A stretch of DNA of 64,000 nucleotides from NCBI GenBank assembly GCA_964016885.1, contig OZ024741.1, positions 4,588,001 through 4,652,000 on the forward strand, in the 5' to 3' direction. The translations under genes and the position numbers were made by a program. The DNA is from Eledone cirrhosa. Its lineage: Eukaryota. Shown piece by piece: positions 47,901 to 63,800 of the stretch. How positions within the stretch are numbered: the stretch's first letter is position 1; every line of letters starts with the position of its first letter. The notes beneath the pieces were generated by a model. The model was not told where the DNA came from, made no database searches, and saw only the letters and a program-made list of their open reading frames with translations.

Positions 47901-50900
47901 CCAATCTAAGATACTATACTACCAATCCAAGACACTATACTACCAATCCAAGACACCTTACTACCAATCCAAGACACCTTACTACCAATCTAAGACACCA
48001 TACTACCAATCTAAGACATTATACTACCAATCTAAGACACCATAGTACCATAGTGTCTAGGACACTATACTACCAATCTAAGACACGATACTACCAATCT
48101 AAGACACGATACTACCAATCTAAGACACCATGCTACCAATCTAGGACACTATACTACCAATCTAGGACACTATACTAACAATCTAAGACACTATACTACC
48201 AATCTAAGACACAATACTATCACTCTAGGACACTATACTACCAATCCAAGACACCATACTACCAATCTAAGACACTATACTACCAATCCAAGACACTATA
48301 CTACCAATCCAAGACACCTTACTACCAATCTAAGACACCATACTACCAATCTAAGACATTATACTACCAATCTAAGACACCATAGTACCAATCTAGACAC
48401 CATACTACCAATCTAAGACACCATAGTACCAATCTAGACACCATACTACCACTCTAAGACACCATACTACCAATCTAAGACACGATACTACCAATCTAAG
48501 ATACTATACTACCAATCTAAAACACTATACTACCAATCTAAGACACGATACTACCAATCTAGGACACGATACTACCAATCTAAGACACAATACTACCAAT
48601 CTAAGACACAATACTACCAATCTAAGACACCATACTACCAAACTAAGACACTGTACTACCAATCTAAGACACTATACTACCAATCTAAGACGCGATACTA
48701 CCAATCTAAGACACCATACTACCAATCTAAGACACTATACTACCAATCTAAGACACTATACTACCAATCTTGGACAACATACTACCAATCTAAAACACCA
48801 TACTACCAATCTAAGACACCATACTACCAATCTAAGACACCATACTACCAATCTAAGACACCATACTACCAATCTAAGACACTATACTACCAATCTAAGA
48901 CACTATACTACCAATCTAGGACACCATACCAATCTAAGATACGATACTACCAATCTAAGATACTATACTACCAATCTAAGATACTATACTACCATTCTAA
49001 GACACCATACTACCAATCTAAGACACCATACTACCAATCTAAGACACCATACTACCAATCTAAGACACCATACTACCAATCTAGGACACTATACTACCAA
49101 TCTAAGACACTATACTACTAATCTAAGACACTATACTACCAATCCAAGACACTATACTACCAATCCAAGACACTATACTACCAATCCAAGACACCTTACT
49201 ACCAATCTAAGACACCATACTACCAATCTAAGACACCATACTACCAATCTAAGACACCATACTACCAATCTAAGACACCATACTACCAATCTAGGACACT
49301 ATACTACCAATCTAAGACACTATACTACCAATCTAAGACACTATACTACCATTCTAAGACACTATACTACCAATGTAAGACACCATACTACCAATCTAAG
49401 ACACCATACTACCAATCTAAGACACTATACTACCAATCTAAGACACTATACTACCAATCTAAGACGCGATACTACCAATCTAAGACGCGATACTACCAAT
49501 CTAAGACACCATACTACCAATCTAAGATACTATACTACCAATCTAAGACACTATACTACCAATCTAGGACACCATACTACCAATCTAAGACACTATACTA
49601 CCACTCTAAGACACCATACTACCAATCTAAGACACGATACTACCAATCTAAGATACTATACTACCAATCTAAGACACTATACTACCAATCTAAGACGCGA
49701 TACTACCATTCTAAGACACCATACTACCAATCTAAGACACCATACTACCAATCTAGGACACTATACTACCAATCTAAGACACTATACTACCAATCTAAGA
49801 CACTATACTACCAATCTAAGACACTATACTACCTTTCTAAGACACCATACTACCAATCTAAGACATCATACTACCAATCTAAGACACCATACTACCAATC
49901 TAAGACACCATACTACCAATCTAGGACACTATACTACCAATCTAAGACAGAATACTACCAATCTAAGACACTATACTACCAATCTAGGACACTATCCTAC
50001 CAATCTAAGTCACCATATAACCAATCTAAGACATCAGACTACCAATCTAAGACACTATACTACCAATCTAAGACACTATACTACCAATCTAAGACACTAT
50101 ACTACCAATCTAAGACACGATACTACCAAGCTAAGACACGATACTACCAAGCTAAGACACGATACTACCAAGCTAAGACACCATACTACCAATCTAGGAC
50201 ACTATACTACCAATCTAAGACACGATACTACCAATCTAAGACACGATACTACCAATCTAAGACACCATGCTACCAATCTAGGACACTATACTACCAATCT
50301 AAGACACTATACTACCAATCTAAGACACTATACTACCAATCTAAGACACTATACTACCAATCTAAGACACTATACTACCAATCTAAGACAGTATACTACC
50401 AATCTAAGACACTATACTACCAATCTAAGACACGATACTACCAATCTAAGACACGATACTACCAATCTAAGACACTATACTACCAATCTAAGACACTATA
50501 CTACCAATCTAAGACACTATACTACTAATCCAAGACACTATACTACCAATCCAAGACACTATACTACCAATCCAAGACACTATACTACCAATCTAAGACA
50601 CCTTACTACCAATCTAAGACACCATACTACCAATCTAAGACACCATACTACCAATCTAAGACACCATACTACCAATCTAGGACACTATACTACCAATCTA
50701 AGACACTATACTACCAATCTAAGACACTATACTACCATTCTAAGACACCATACTACCAATCTAGGACACCATACTACCAATCTAGGACACTATACTACCA
50801 ATCTAAGACACTATACTACCATTCTAAGACACTATACTACCAATGTAAGACACCATACTACCAATCTAAGACACCATACTACCAATCTAAGACACTATAC

Positions 50901-53019
50901 TACCAATCTAAGACACTATACTACCAATCTAAGACGCGATACTACCAATCTAAGACGCGATACTACCAATCTAAGACACCATACTACCAATCTAAGATAC
51001 TATACTACCAATCTAAGACACTATACTACCAATCTAGGACACCATACTACCAATCTAAGACACTATACTACCACTCTAAGACACCATACTACCAATCTAA
51101 GACACTATACTACCAATCGAAGACACTATACTACCAATCTAAGACACTATACTACCAATCGAAGACACTATACTACCAATCTAAGACACTATACTACCAA
51201 TCTAAGATACCATACCAATCTAAGACACCATACTACCAATCTAAGACACCATACTACCAATCTAAGACACCATACTACCAATCTAAGACACCATACTTCC
51301 AATCTAGGACACCATACTACCAATCTAAGATACTATACTACCATTCTAAGACACCATACTACCAATCTAATACACCATACTACCAATCTAAGACACCATA
51401 CTACCAATCTAAGACACCATACTACCAATCTAGGACACTATACTACCAATCTAAGACACTATACTACCAATCTAAGACACTATACTACCAATCTAAGACA
51501 CTATACTACTAATCCAAGACACTATACTACCAATCCAAGACACTATACTACCAATCCAAGACACCTTACTACCAATCTAAGACACCATACTACCAATCTA
51601 AGACACCATACTACCAATCTAAGACACCATACTACCAATCTAGGACACTATACTACCAATCTAAGACACTATACTACCAATCTAAGACACTATACTACCA
51701 TTCTAAGACACTATACTACCATTCTAAGACACCATACTACCAATCTAAGACACCATACTACCAATCTAAGACACCATACTACCAATCTAAGACACCATAC
51801 TACCAATCTAAGACACCATACTACCTATCTAGGACACCATACTACCAATCTAAGACACTATGCTACCAATCTAAGACACTATACTACTAATTCAAGACAC
51901 TATACTACCAATCCAAGACACTATACTACCAATCCAAGACACCTTACTACCAATCTAAGACACCATACTACCAATCTAAGACACCATACTACCAATCTAA
52001 GACACCATACTACCAATCTAGGACACTATACTACCAATCTAAGACACTATACTACCAATCTAAGACACTATACTACCATTCTAAGACACCATACTACCAA
52101 TCTAAGACACCATACTACCAATCTAGGACACCATACTACCAATCTAAGACACTATACTACCAATCTAAGACACTATACTACCATTCTAAGACACTATACT
52201 ACCAATGTAAGACACCATACTACCAATCTAAGACACCATACTACCAATCTAAGACACTATACTACCAATCTAAGACACTATACTACCAATCTAAGACGCG
52301 ATACTACCAATCTAAGACGCGATACTACCAATCTAAGACACCATACTACCAATCTAAGATACTATACTACCAATCTAAGACACTATACTACCAATCTAAG
52401 ACACTATACTACCAATCTAGGACACCATACTACCACTCTAAGACACCATACTACCAATCTAAGACACCATACTACCAATCTAAGACACTATACTACCAAT
52501 CTAAGACACTATACTACCAATCTAAGACACTATACTACCAATCTAAGACACTATACTACCAATCTAAGACACTATACTACCTTTCTAAGACACCATACTA
52601 CCAATCTAAGACATCATACTACCAATCTAAGACACCATACTACCAATCTAGGACACTATACTACCAATCTAAGACAGAATACTACCAATCTAAGACACTA
52701 TACTACCAATCTAGGACACTATCCTACCAATCTAAGTCACCATATAACCAATCTAAGACATCAGACTACCAATCTAAGACACTATACTACCAATCTAAGA
52801 CACTATACTACCAATCTAAGACACTATACTACCAATCTAAGACACGATACTACCAAGCTAAGACACCATACTACCAATCTAGGACACTATACTACCAATC
52901 TAAGACACGATACTACCAATCTAAGACACTATACTACCAATCTAAGACACTATACTACCAATCTAAGACACTATACTACCAATCTAAGACACGATACTAC
53001 CAATCTAAGACACGATACT

Positions 53020-54900
53020 ACCAATCTAGGACACTATACTACCAATCTAAGACACTATACTACCAATCTAAGACACTATACTACCATTCTAAGACACCAT
53101 ACTACCAATCTAAGACACCATACTACCAATCTAAGACACCATACTACCAATCTAGGACACCATACTACCAATCTAGGACACTATACTACCAATCTAAGAC
53201 ACTATACTACCATTCTAAGACATTATACTACCAATGTAAGACACCATACTACCAATCTATTACACCATACTACCAATCTATGATACTATACTACCAATCT
53301 AAGACACTATACTACCAATCTAGGACACCATACTACCAATCTAAGACACTATACTACCACTATAAGACACAATACTACCAATCTAAGACACGATACTACC
53401 AATCTAAGATACTATACTACCAATCTAAGACACTATACTACCAATCTAAGACGCGATACTACCAATCTAAGACACCATACTACCAATCTAAGACAACATA
53501 CTACCAATCTAGGACACTATACTAACAATCTAAGACACTATACTAACAATCTAAGACACTATACTAACAATCTAAGACACTATACTAACAATCTAAGACA
53601 CTATACTACCAATCTAAGACACTATACTACCAATCTAAGACACTATACTACCAATCTAAGGCACTATACTACCTTTCTAAGGCACCATACTACCAATCTA
53701 AGACATCATACTACCAATCTAAGACATCATACTACCAATCTAAGGCACTATACTACCAATCTAGGACACTATCCTACCAATCTAAGTCACCATATAACCA
53801 ATCTAAGACATCAGACTACCAATCTAAGACACTATACTACCAATCTAAGACACTATACTACCAATCTAAGACACTATACTACCAATCTAAGACACTATAC
53901 TACCAATCCAAGACACTATACTACCAATCCAAGACACCTTACTACCAATCTAAGACACCATACTACCAATCTAAGACACCATACTACCAATCTAAGACAC
54001 CATACTACCAATCTAAGACACCATACTACCAATCTAGGACACTATACTACCAATCTAAGACACTATACTACCAATCTAAGACACTATACTACCATTCTAA
54101 GACACCATACTACCAATCTAAGACACCATACTACCAATCTAAGACACCATACTACCAATCTAGGACACCATACTACCAATCTAGGACACTATACTACCAA
54201 TCTAAGACACTATACTACCATTCTAAGACATTATACTACCAATGTAAGACACCATACTACCAATCTATTACACCATACTACCAATCTATGATACTATACT
54301 ACCAATCTAAGACACTATACTACCAATCTAGGACACCATACTACCAATCTAAGACACTATACTACCACTATAAGACACAATACTACCAATCTAAGACACG
54401 ATACTACCAATCTAAGATACTATACTACCAATCTAAGACACTATACTACCAATCTAAGACGCGATACTACCAATCTAAGACACCATACTACCAATCTAAG
54501 ACAACATACTACCAATCTAGGACACTATACTAACAATCTAAGACACTATACTAACAATCTAAGACACTATACTAACAATCTAAGACACTATACTAACAAT
54601 CTAAGACACTATACTACCAATCTAAGACACTATACTACCAATCTAAGACACTATACTACCAATCTAAGGCACTATACTACCTTTCTAAGGCACCATACTA
54701 CCAATCTAAGACATCATACTACCAATCTAAGACATCATACTACCAATCTAAGGCACTATACTACCAATCTAGGACACTATCCTACCAATCTAAGTCACCA
54801 TATAACCAATCTAAGACATCAGACTACCAATCTAAGACACTATACTACCAATCTAAGACACTATACTACCAATCTAAGACACTATACTACCAATCTAAGA
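53020..54900 (+). repeat. Tandem duplication of 48 monomers (1008 bp)
   Basis: Identical 81-codon pseudo-ORFs at 53280 and 54288. Private variants TCTATTACAC, TCTATGATAC and CCTTTCTAAGGC repeat at +1008. Confidence 0.92.
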
Positions 54901-57339
54901 CACTATACTACCAATCTAAGACACTATACTACCAATCTAAGACACGATACTACCAATCTAGGACACTATACTACCAATCTAAGACACAATACTACCACTC
55001 TAAGACACCATAATAACCAATCTAAGACGCGATACTACCAATCTAAGACACCATACTACCAATCAAAGACACTATACTACCAATCTAAGACACTATACTA
55101 CCAATCTAAGACACTATACTACCAATCTAAGACACTATACTACCAATCTAAGACACTATACTACCAATCTAAGACACTATACTACCAATCTAAGACACTA
55201 TACTACCAATCTAAGACACTATACTACCAATTAAAGACACTATGCTACCAATCTAAGACACCATACTACCAATCAAAGACACTATACTACCAATCTAAGA
55301 CACTATACTACCAATCTAGGACACTATACTACCAATCTAAGACATGATACTACCAATCTAAGACACCATACTACCAATCTAAGACACTATACTACCAATC
55401 TAGGACACTATACTACCAATCTAGGACACTATACTACCAATCTAAGACACGATACTACCAATCTAAGACACGATACTACCAATCTAAGACACCATACTAC
55501 CAATCAAAGACACTATACTACCAATCTAAGACACTATACTACCAATCTAGGACACTATACTACCAATCTAAGACACGATACTACCAATCTAAGACACGAT
55601 ACTACCAATCTAAGACACCATACTACCAATCAAAGACACTATACTACCAATCTAAGACACTATACTACCAATCTAGGACACTATACTACCAATCTAAGAC
55701 ACGATACTACCAATCTAAGACACCATACTACCAATCTAAGACACCATACTACCAATCTAAGACACTATACTACCAATCTAGGACACTATACTACCAATCT
55801 AAGACACGATACTACCAATCTAAGACACGATACTACCAATCTAAGACACCATACTACCAATCTAAGACACTATACTACCAATCTAGGACACCATACTACC
55901 AATCTAAGACACTATACTACCAATCCAAGACACTATACTACCAATCCAAGACACTATACTACCAATCTAAGACACTATACTACCAATTAAAGACACTATG
56001 CTACCAATCTAAGACACCATACTACCAATCAAAGACACTATACTACCAATCTAAGACACTATACTACCAATCTAGGACACTATACTACCAATCTAAGACA
56101 CGATACTACCAATCTAAGACACGATACTACCAATCTAAGACACCATACTACCAATCTAAGACACTATACTACCAATCTAGGACACTATACTACCAATCTA
56201 AGACACGATACTACCAATCTAAGACACGATACTACCAATCTAAGCCACCATACTACCAATCTAAGACACCATACTACCAATCTAGGACACTGTACTACCA
56301 ATCTAGGACACTATACTACCAATCTAAGACTCTATACTACCAATCTAAGACACGATACTACCAATCTAAGACACTATACTACCAATCTAAGACACTATAC
56401 TACCAATCTAAGACACGATGCTACCAATCTAAGACACGATGCTACCAATCTCAGACACACTACTACCAATCTCAGACACACTACTACCAATCTCAGACAC
56501 ACTACTACCAATCTAAGACACTATACTACCAATCTAGGACACTATACTACCAATCTAAGACACTATACTACCAATCTAAGACACCATGCTACCAATCTAA
56601 GACACTACACTACCAGTCTAAGACACCATGCTACCAATCTAAGACACTATACTACCAATCTAAGACACAATGCTACCAATCTAAGACACAATGCTACCAA
56701 TCTAAGACACACTACTACCAATCTAAGACACCATACTACCAATCCAAGACACTATACTACCAATCTAAGACACTATACTACCAATCTAAGACACTATACT
56801 ACCAATCTAAGACACTATACTACCAATCTAAGACACGATACTACCAATCTAAGACACTATACTACCAATCTAAGACACTATACTACCAATCTAAGACACT
56901 ATACTACCAATCTAAGACACTATACTACCAATCTAAGACACGATGCTACCAATCTAAGACACACTACTACCAATCTAAGACACCATGCTACCAATCTAAG
57001 TCACCATACTACCAATCTAAGACACCATACTACCAATCTAAGACACCATACTACCAATCTAAGACACCATACTACCAATCTAAGACACGATACTACCAAT
57101 CTAAGACACGATACTACCAATCTAAGACACGATACTACCAATCTAAGACACCATGCTCCCAATCTAAGACACCATGCTCCCAATCAAAGACACTATACTA
57201 CCAATCAAAGACACTATACTACCAATCTAAGACACCATACTACCAATCTAAGACACCATACTACCAATCTAAGACACTATACTACCAATCTAAGACACTA
57301 TACTACCAATCTAAGACACTATACTACCAATCTAAGACG

Positions 57340-59460
57340 CGATACTACCAATCTAAGACGCGATACTACCAATCTAAGACACCATACTACCAATCTAAGA
57401 TACTATACTACCAATCTAAGACACTATACTACCAATCTAGGACACCATACTACCAATCTAAGACACTATACTACCACTCTAAGACACCATACTACCAATC
57501 TAAGACACGATACTACCAATCTAAGATACTATACTACCAATCTAAGACACTATACTACCAATCTAAGACGCGATACTACCATTCTAAGACACCATACTAC
57601 CAATCTAAGACACCATACTACCAATCTAGGACACTATACTACCAATCTAAGACACTATACTACCAATCTAAGACACTATACTACCAATCTAAGACACTAT
57701 ACTACCTTTCTAAGACACCATACTACCAATCTAAGACACCATACTACCAATCTAGGACACTATACTACCAATCTAAGACAGAATACTACCAATCTAAGAC
57801 ACTATACTACCAATCTAGGACACTATCCTACCAATCTAAGTCACCATATAACCAATCTAAGACATCAGACTACCAATCTAAGACACTATACTACCAATCT
57901 AAGACACTATACTACCAATCTAAGACACTATACTACCAATCTAAGACAAGATACTACCAAGCTAAGACACCATACTACCAATCTAGGACACTATACTACC
58001 AATCTAAGACACGATACTACCAATCTAAGACACGATACTACCAATCTAAGACACCATTCTACCAATCTAGGACACTATACTACCAATCTAAGACACTATA
58101 CTACCAATCTAAGACACTATACTACCAATCTAAGACACTATACTACCAATCTAAGACACTATACTACCAATCTAAGACACTATACTACGAATCTAAGACA
58201 CAATACTACCAATCTAAGACACTATACTACCAATCTAAGACACTATACTACCAATCTAAGACACTATACTACCAATCTAAGACACGATACTACCAATCTA
58301 AGACACGATACTACCAATCTAGGACACTATACTACCAATCTAAGACACTATACTACCAATCTAAGACACTATACTACTAATCCAAGACACTATACTACCA
58401 ATCCAAGACACTATACTACCAATCCAAGACACCTTACTACCAATCTAAGACACCTTACTACCAATCTAAGACACCTTACTACCAATCTAGGACACCATAC
58501 TACCAATCTAAGACACCATACTACCAATCTAGGACACTATACTACCAATCTAAGACACTATACTACCAATCTAAGACACTATACTACCATTCTAAGACAC
58601 CATACTACCAATCTAAGACACCATACTACCAATCTAAGACACCATACTACCAATCTAGGACACCATACTACCAATCTAGGACACTATACTACCAATCTAA
58701 GACACTATACTACCATTCTAAGACACTATACTACCAATGTAAGACACCATACTACCAATCTAAGACACTATACTACCAATCTAAGACGCGATACTACCAA
58801 TCTAAGACGCGATACTACCAATCTAAGACGCGATACTACCAATCTAAGACACCATACTACCAATCTAAGATACTATACTACCAATCTAAGACACTATACT
58901 ACCAATCTAGGACACCATACTACCAATCTAAGACACTATACTACCACTCTAAGACACCATACTACCAATCTAAGACACGATACTACCAATCTAAGATACT
59001 ATACTACCAATCTAAGACACTATACTACCAATCTAAGACGCGATACTACCATTCTAAGACACCATACTACCAATCTAAGACACCATACTACCAATCTAGG
59101 ACACTATACTACCAATCTAAGACACTATACTACCAATCTAAGACACTATACTACCAATCTAAGACACTATACTACCTTTCTAAGACACCATACTACCAAT
59201 CTAAAACATCATACTACCAATCTAAGACACCATACTACCAATCTAAGACACCATACTACCAATCTAAGACACCATACTACCAATCTAAGACACCATACTA
59301 CCAATCTAAGACACCATACTACCAATCTAAGACACCATACTACCAACCTAGGACACTATACTACCAATCTAAGACAGAATACTACCAATCTAAGACACTA
59401 TACTACCAATCTAGGACACTATCCTACCAATCTAAGTCACCATATAACCAATCTAAGACA
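57340..59460 (+). repeat. Duplication at offset 1470 bp (70 monomers), related to the block near 49450-50400
   Basis: GACGCGATACTACCATTCT occurs at 57571 and 59041 (offset 1470) and at 49698, each followed by a CCTTTCT variant. Confidence 0.8.
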
Positions 59461-61399
59461 TCATACTACCAATCTAAAACATCATACTACCAATCTAAGA
59501 CACCATACTACCAATCTAAGACATTATACTACCAATCTAAGACACTATACTACCAATCTAAGACACGATACTACCAATATAAGACACTATACTACCAATC
59601 TAAGACACGATACTACCAATATAAGACACCATACTACCAATCTAAGACACCATACTACCAATCTAGGACACTATACTACCAATCTAAGACACTATACTAC
59701 CAATCTAAGACACCATACTACCAATCTAAGACACCATACTATCAATCTAAGACACCATACTACCAATCTAAGACACCATACTACCAATCTAGGACACTAT
59801 ACTACCAATCTAAGACACTATACTACCAATCTAAGATACCATACGAATCTAAGACACCATACTACCAATCTAAGACACCATACTACCAATCTAAGACACC
59901 ATACTACCAATCTAAGACACCATACTACCAATCTAAGACACCATACTACCAATCTAAGACACCATACTACCAATCTAAGACACCATACTTCCAATCTAGG
60001 ACACCATACTACCAATCTAAGACACTATACTACCATTCTAAGACACCATACTACCAATCTAAGACACCATACTACCAATCTAAGACACCATACTACCAAT
60101 CTAAGACACCATACTACCAATCTAAGACACCATACTACCAATCTAAGACACTATACTACCAATCCCAATCTAAGATACTATACTACCAATCTAAGACACT
60201 ATACTACCAATCTAGGACACCATACTACCAATCTAAGACACTATACTACCACCCTAAGACACCATACTACCAATCTAAGACATGATACTACCAATCTAAG
60301 ATACTATACTACCAATCTAAGACACTATACTACCAATCTAAGACGCGATACTACCAATCTAAGACACCATACTACCACTCTAAGACACCATACTACAGAT
60401 CTATGACATTATACTACCAATCTAAGACACTATACTACCAATCTAAGACACGATACTACCAATATAAGACACCATACTACCAAGCTAAGACACGATACTA
60501 CCAAGCTAAGACACCATACTACCAATCTAGGACACGATACTACCAATCTAAGACACGATACTACCAATCTAAGACACCTTGCTACCAATCTAAGACACCA
60601 TGCTACCAATCTAGGACACTATACTACCAATCTAAGACACTATACTACCAATCTAATATACCATACTACCAATCTAAGACACCATGCTACCAATCTAGGA
60701 CACTATACTACCAATCTAGGACACTATACTACCAATCTAAGACACTATACTACCAATCTAAGACACTATACTACCAATCTAAGACACCATACTACCAATC
60801 TAAGACACCATACTACCATTCTAAGACACTATACTACCATTCTAAGACACTATACTACCAATCTAAGACACTATACTACCAATCTAAGACACCATACTAC
60901 CAATCTAAGACACCATACTACCAATCTAAGACACTATACTACCAATCTAAGACGCGATACTACCAATCTAAGACACCATACTACCAATCTAAGATACTAT
61001 ACTACCAATCTAAGACACTATACTACCAATCTAGGACACCATACTACCAATCTAAGACACTATACTACCAATCTAAGACACCATACTACCAATCTAAGAC
61101 ATTATACTACCAATCTAAGACATTATACTACCAATCTTAGACACTATACTACCAATCTAAGACACGATACTAGCAATATAAGACACCATACTACCAATCT
61201 AAGACACCATACTACCAATCTAGGACACCATACTACCAATCTAAGACACTATACTACCAATCTAAGACACCATACTACCAATCTAAGACACCATACTACC
61301 AATCTAAGTCACCATACTACCAATCTAGGACATTATACTACCAATCTAAGACACTATACTACCAATCTAAGACATTATACTACCAATCTAAGACATTAT

Positions 61400-63800
61400 A
61401 CTACCAATATAAGACACCATACTACCAATCTAAGACACCATACTACCAATCTAGGACACTATACTACCAATCTAAGACACTATACTACCAATCTAAGACA
61501 CCATACTACCAATCTAAGACACCATACTACCAATCTAAGACACTATACTACCAATCTAAGACACTATACTACCAATCTAAGACGCGATACTACCAATCTA
61601 ATACACCATACTACCAATCTAAGATACTATACTACCAATCTAAGATACTATACTACCAATCTAGGACACCATACTATCAATCTAAGACACTATACTACCA
61701 CTCTAAGACACCATACTACCAATCTAAGACACGATACTACCAAGCTAAGACACCATACTACCAATCTAGGACACTATACTACCAATCTAAGACACGATAC
61801 TACCAATCTAAGACACCATGCTACCAATCTAGGACACTATACTACCAATCTAAGACACTATACTACCAATCTAAGACACCATACTACCACTCTAAGACAC
61901 CATACTACCACTCTAAGACACTATACTACCAATCTAAGACACCATACTACCACTCTAAGACACTATACTACCAATCTAAGACACTATACTACCAATCTAA
62001 GACACGATACTACCAATCTAAGACACGATACTACCAATCTAAGACACGATACTACCAATCTAAGACACGATACTACCAATCTAAGACACCATACTACCAA
62101 TCTAAGACACTATACTACCAATCTAGGACACTATACTACCAATCTAAGACACGATACTACCAATCTAAGACACGATACTACCAATCTAAGACACGATACT
62201 ACCAATCTAAGACACGATACTACCAATCTAAGACACGATACTACCAATCTAAGACACTATACTACCAATTAAAGACACTATGCTACCAATCTAAGACACC
62301 ATACTACCAATCAAAGACACTATACTACCAATCTAAGACACTATACTACCAATCTACGACACTATACTACCAATCTAAGACACGATACTACCAATCTAAG
62401 ACACTATACTACCAATCTAGGACACTATACTACCAATCTAGGACACTATACTACCAATCTAAGACACGATACTACCAATCTAAGACACGATACTACCAAT
62501 CTAAGACACGATACTACCAATCTAAGACACTATACTACCAATCTAAGACACTATACTACCAATTAAAGACACTATGCTACCAATCTAAGACACCATACTA
62601 CCAATCTAAGACACCATACTACCAATCTAGGACACTATACTACCAATCTAAGACACTATACTACCAATCTAAGACACCATACTACCAATCTAAGACACCA
62701 TACTACCAATCTAAGACACTATACTACCAATCTAAGACACTATACTACCAATCTAAGACGCGATACTACCAATCTAATACACCATACTACCAATCTAAGA
62801 TACTATACTACCAATCTAAGATACTATACTACCAATCTAGGACACCATACTATCAATCTAAGACACTATACTACCACTCTAAGACACCATACTACCAATC
62901 TAAGACACGATACTACCAAGCTAAGACACCATACTACCAATCTAGGACACTATACTACCAATCTAAGACACGATACTACCAATCTAAGACACCATGCTAC
63001 CAATCTAGGACACTATACTACCAATCTAAGACACTATACTACCAATCTAAGACACCATACTACCACTCTAAGACACCATACTACCACTCTAAGACACTAT
63101 ACTACCAATCTAAGACACCATACTACCACTCTAAGACACTATACTACCAATCTAAGACACTATACTACCAATCTAAGACACGATACTACCAATCTAAGAC
63201 ACGATACTACCAATCTAAGACACGATACTACCAATCTAAGACACGATACTACCAATCTAAGACACGATACTACCAATCTAAGACACGATACTACCAATCT
63301 AAGACACCATACTACCAATCTAAGACACTATACTACCAATCTAGGACACTATACTACCAATCTAAGACACGATACTACCAATCTAAGACACGATACTACC
63401 AATCTAAGACACGATACTACCAATCTAAGACACGATACTACCAATCTAAGACACGATACTACCAATCTAAGACACTATACTACCAATTAAAGACACTATG
63501 CTACCAATCTAAGACACCATACTACCAATCTAAGACACTATACTACCAATCTACGACACTATACTACCAATCTAAGACACGATACTACCAATCTAAGACA
63601 CGATACTACCAATCTAAGACACTATACTACCAATCTAGGACACTATACTACCAATCTAGGACACTATACTACCAATCTAAGACACGATACTACCAATCTA
63701 AGACACGATACTACCAATCTAAGACACGATACTACCAATCTAAGACACTATACTACCAATCTAAGACACTATACTACCAATTAAAGACACTATGCTACCA
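61400..63800 (+). repeat. Tandem duplication of 56 monomers (1176 bp)
   Basis: CTAATACACC at 61601/62777 (offset 1176 = 56x21), with shared downstream TATCAAT, AATTAAAG and TCTACGAC variants. Confidence 0.88.

Noticed and set aside
11016-60015. Minus-strand (W/S)CLRLVV ORFs that look hydrophobic or membrane-like
   Set aside because: They occur only where several consecutive units lack the common CTA allele, which reads as TAG on the - strand. They are chance runs of alleles.
53280-61140. ATG-initiated ORFs 53280-53525, 54288-54533 and 60403-61140
   Set aside because: The ATGs arise from an AAG>ATG substitution in single monomers. The products are pure repeat translation and the first two are copies of one duplication.
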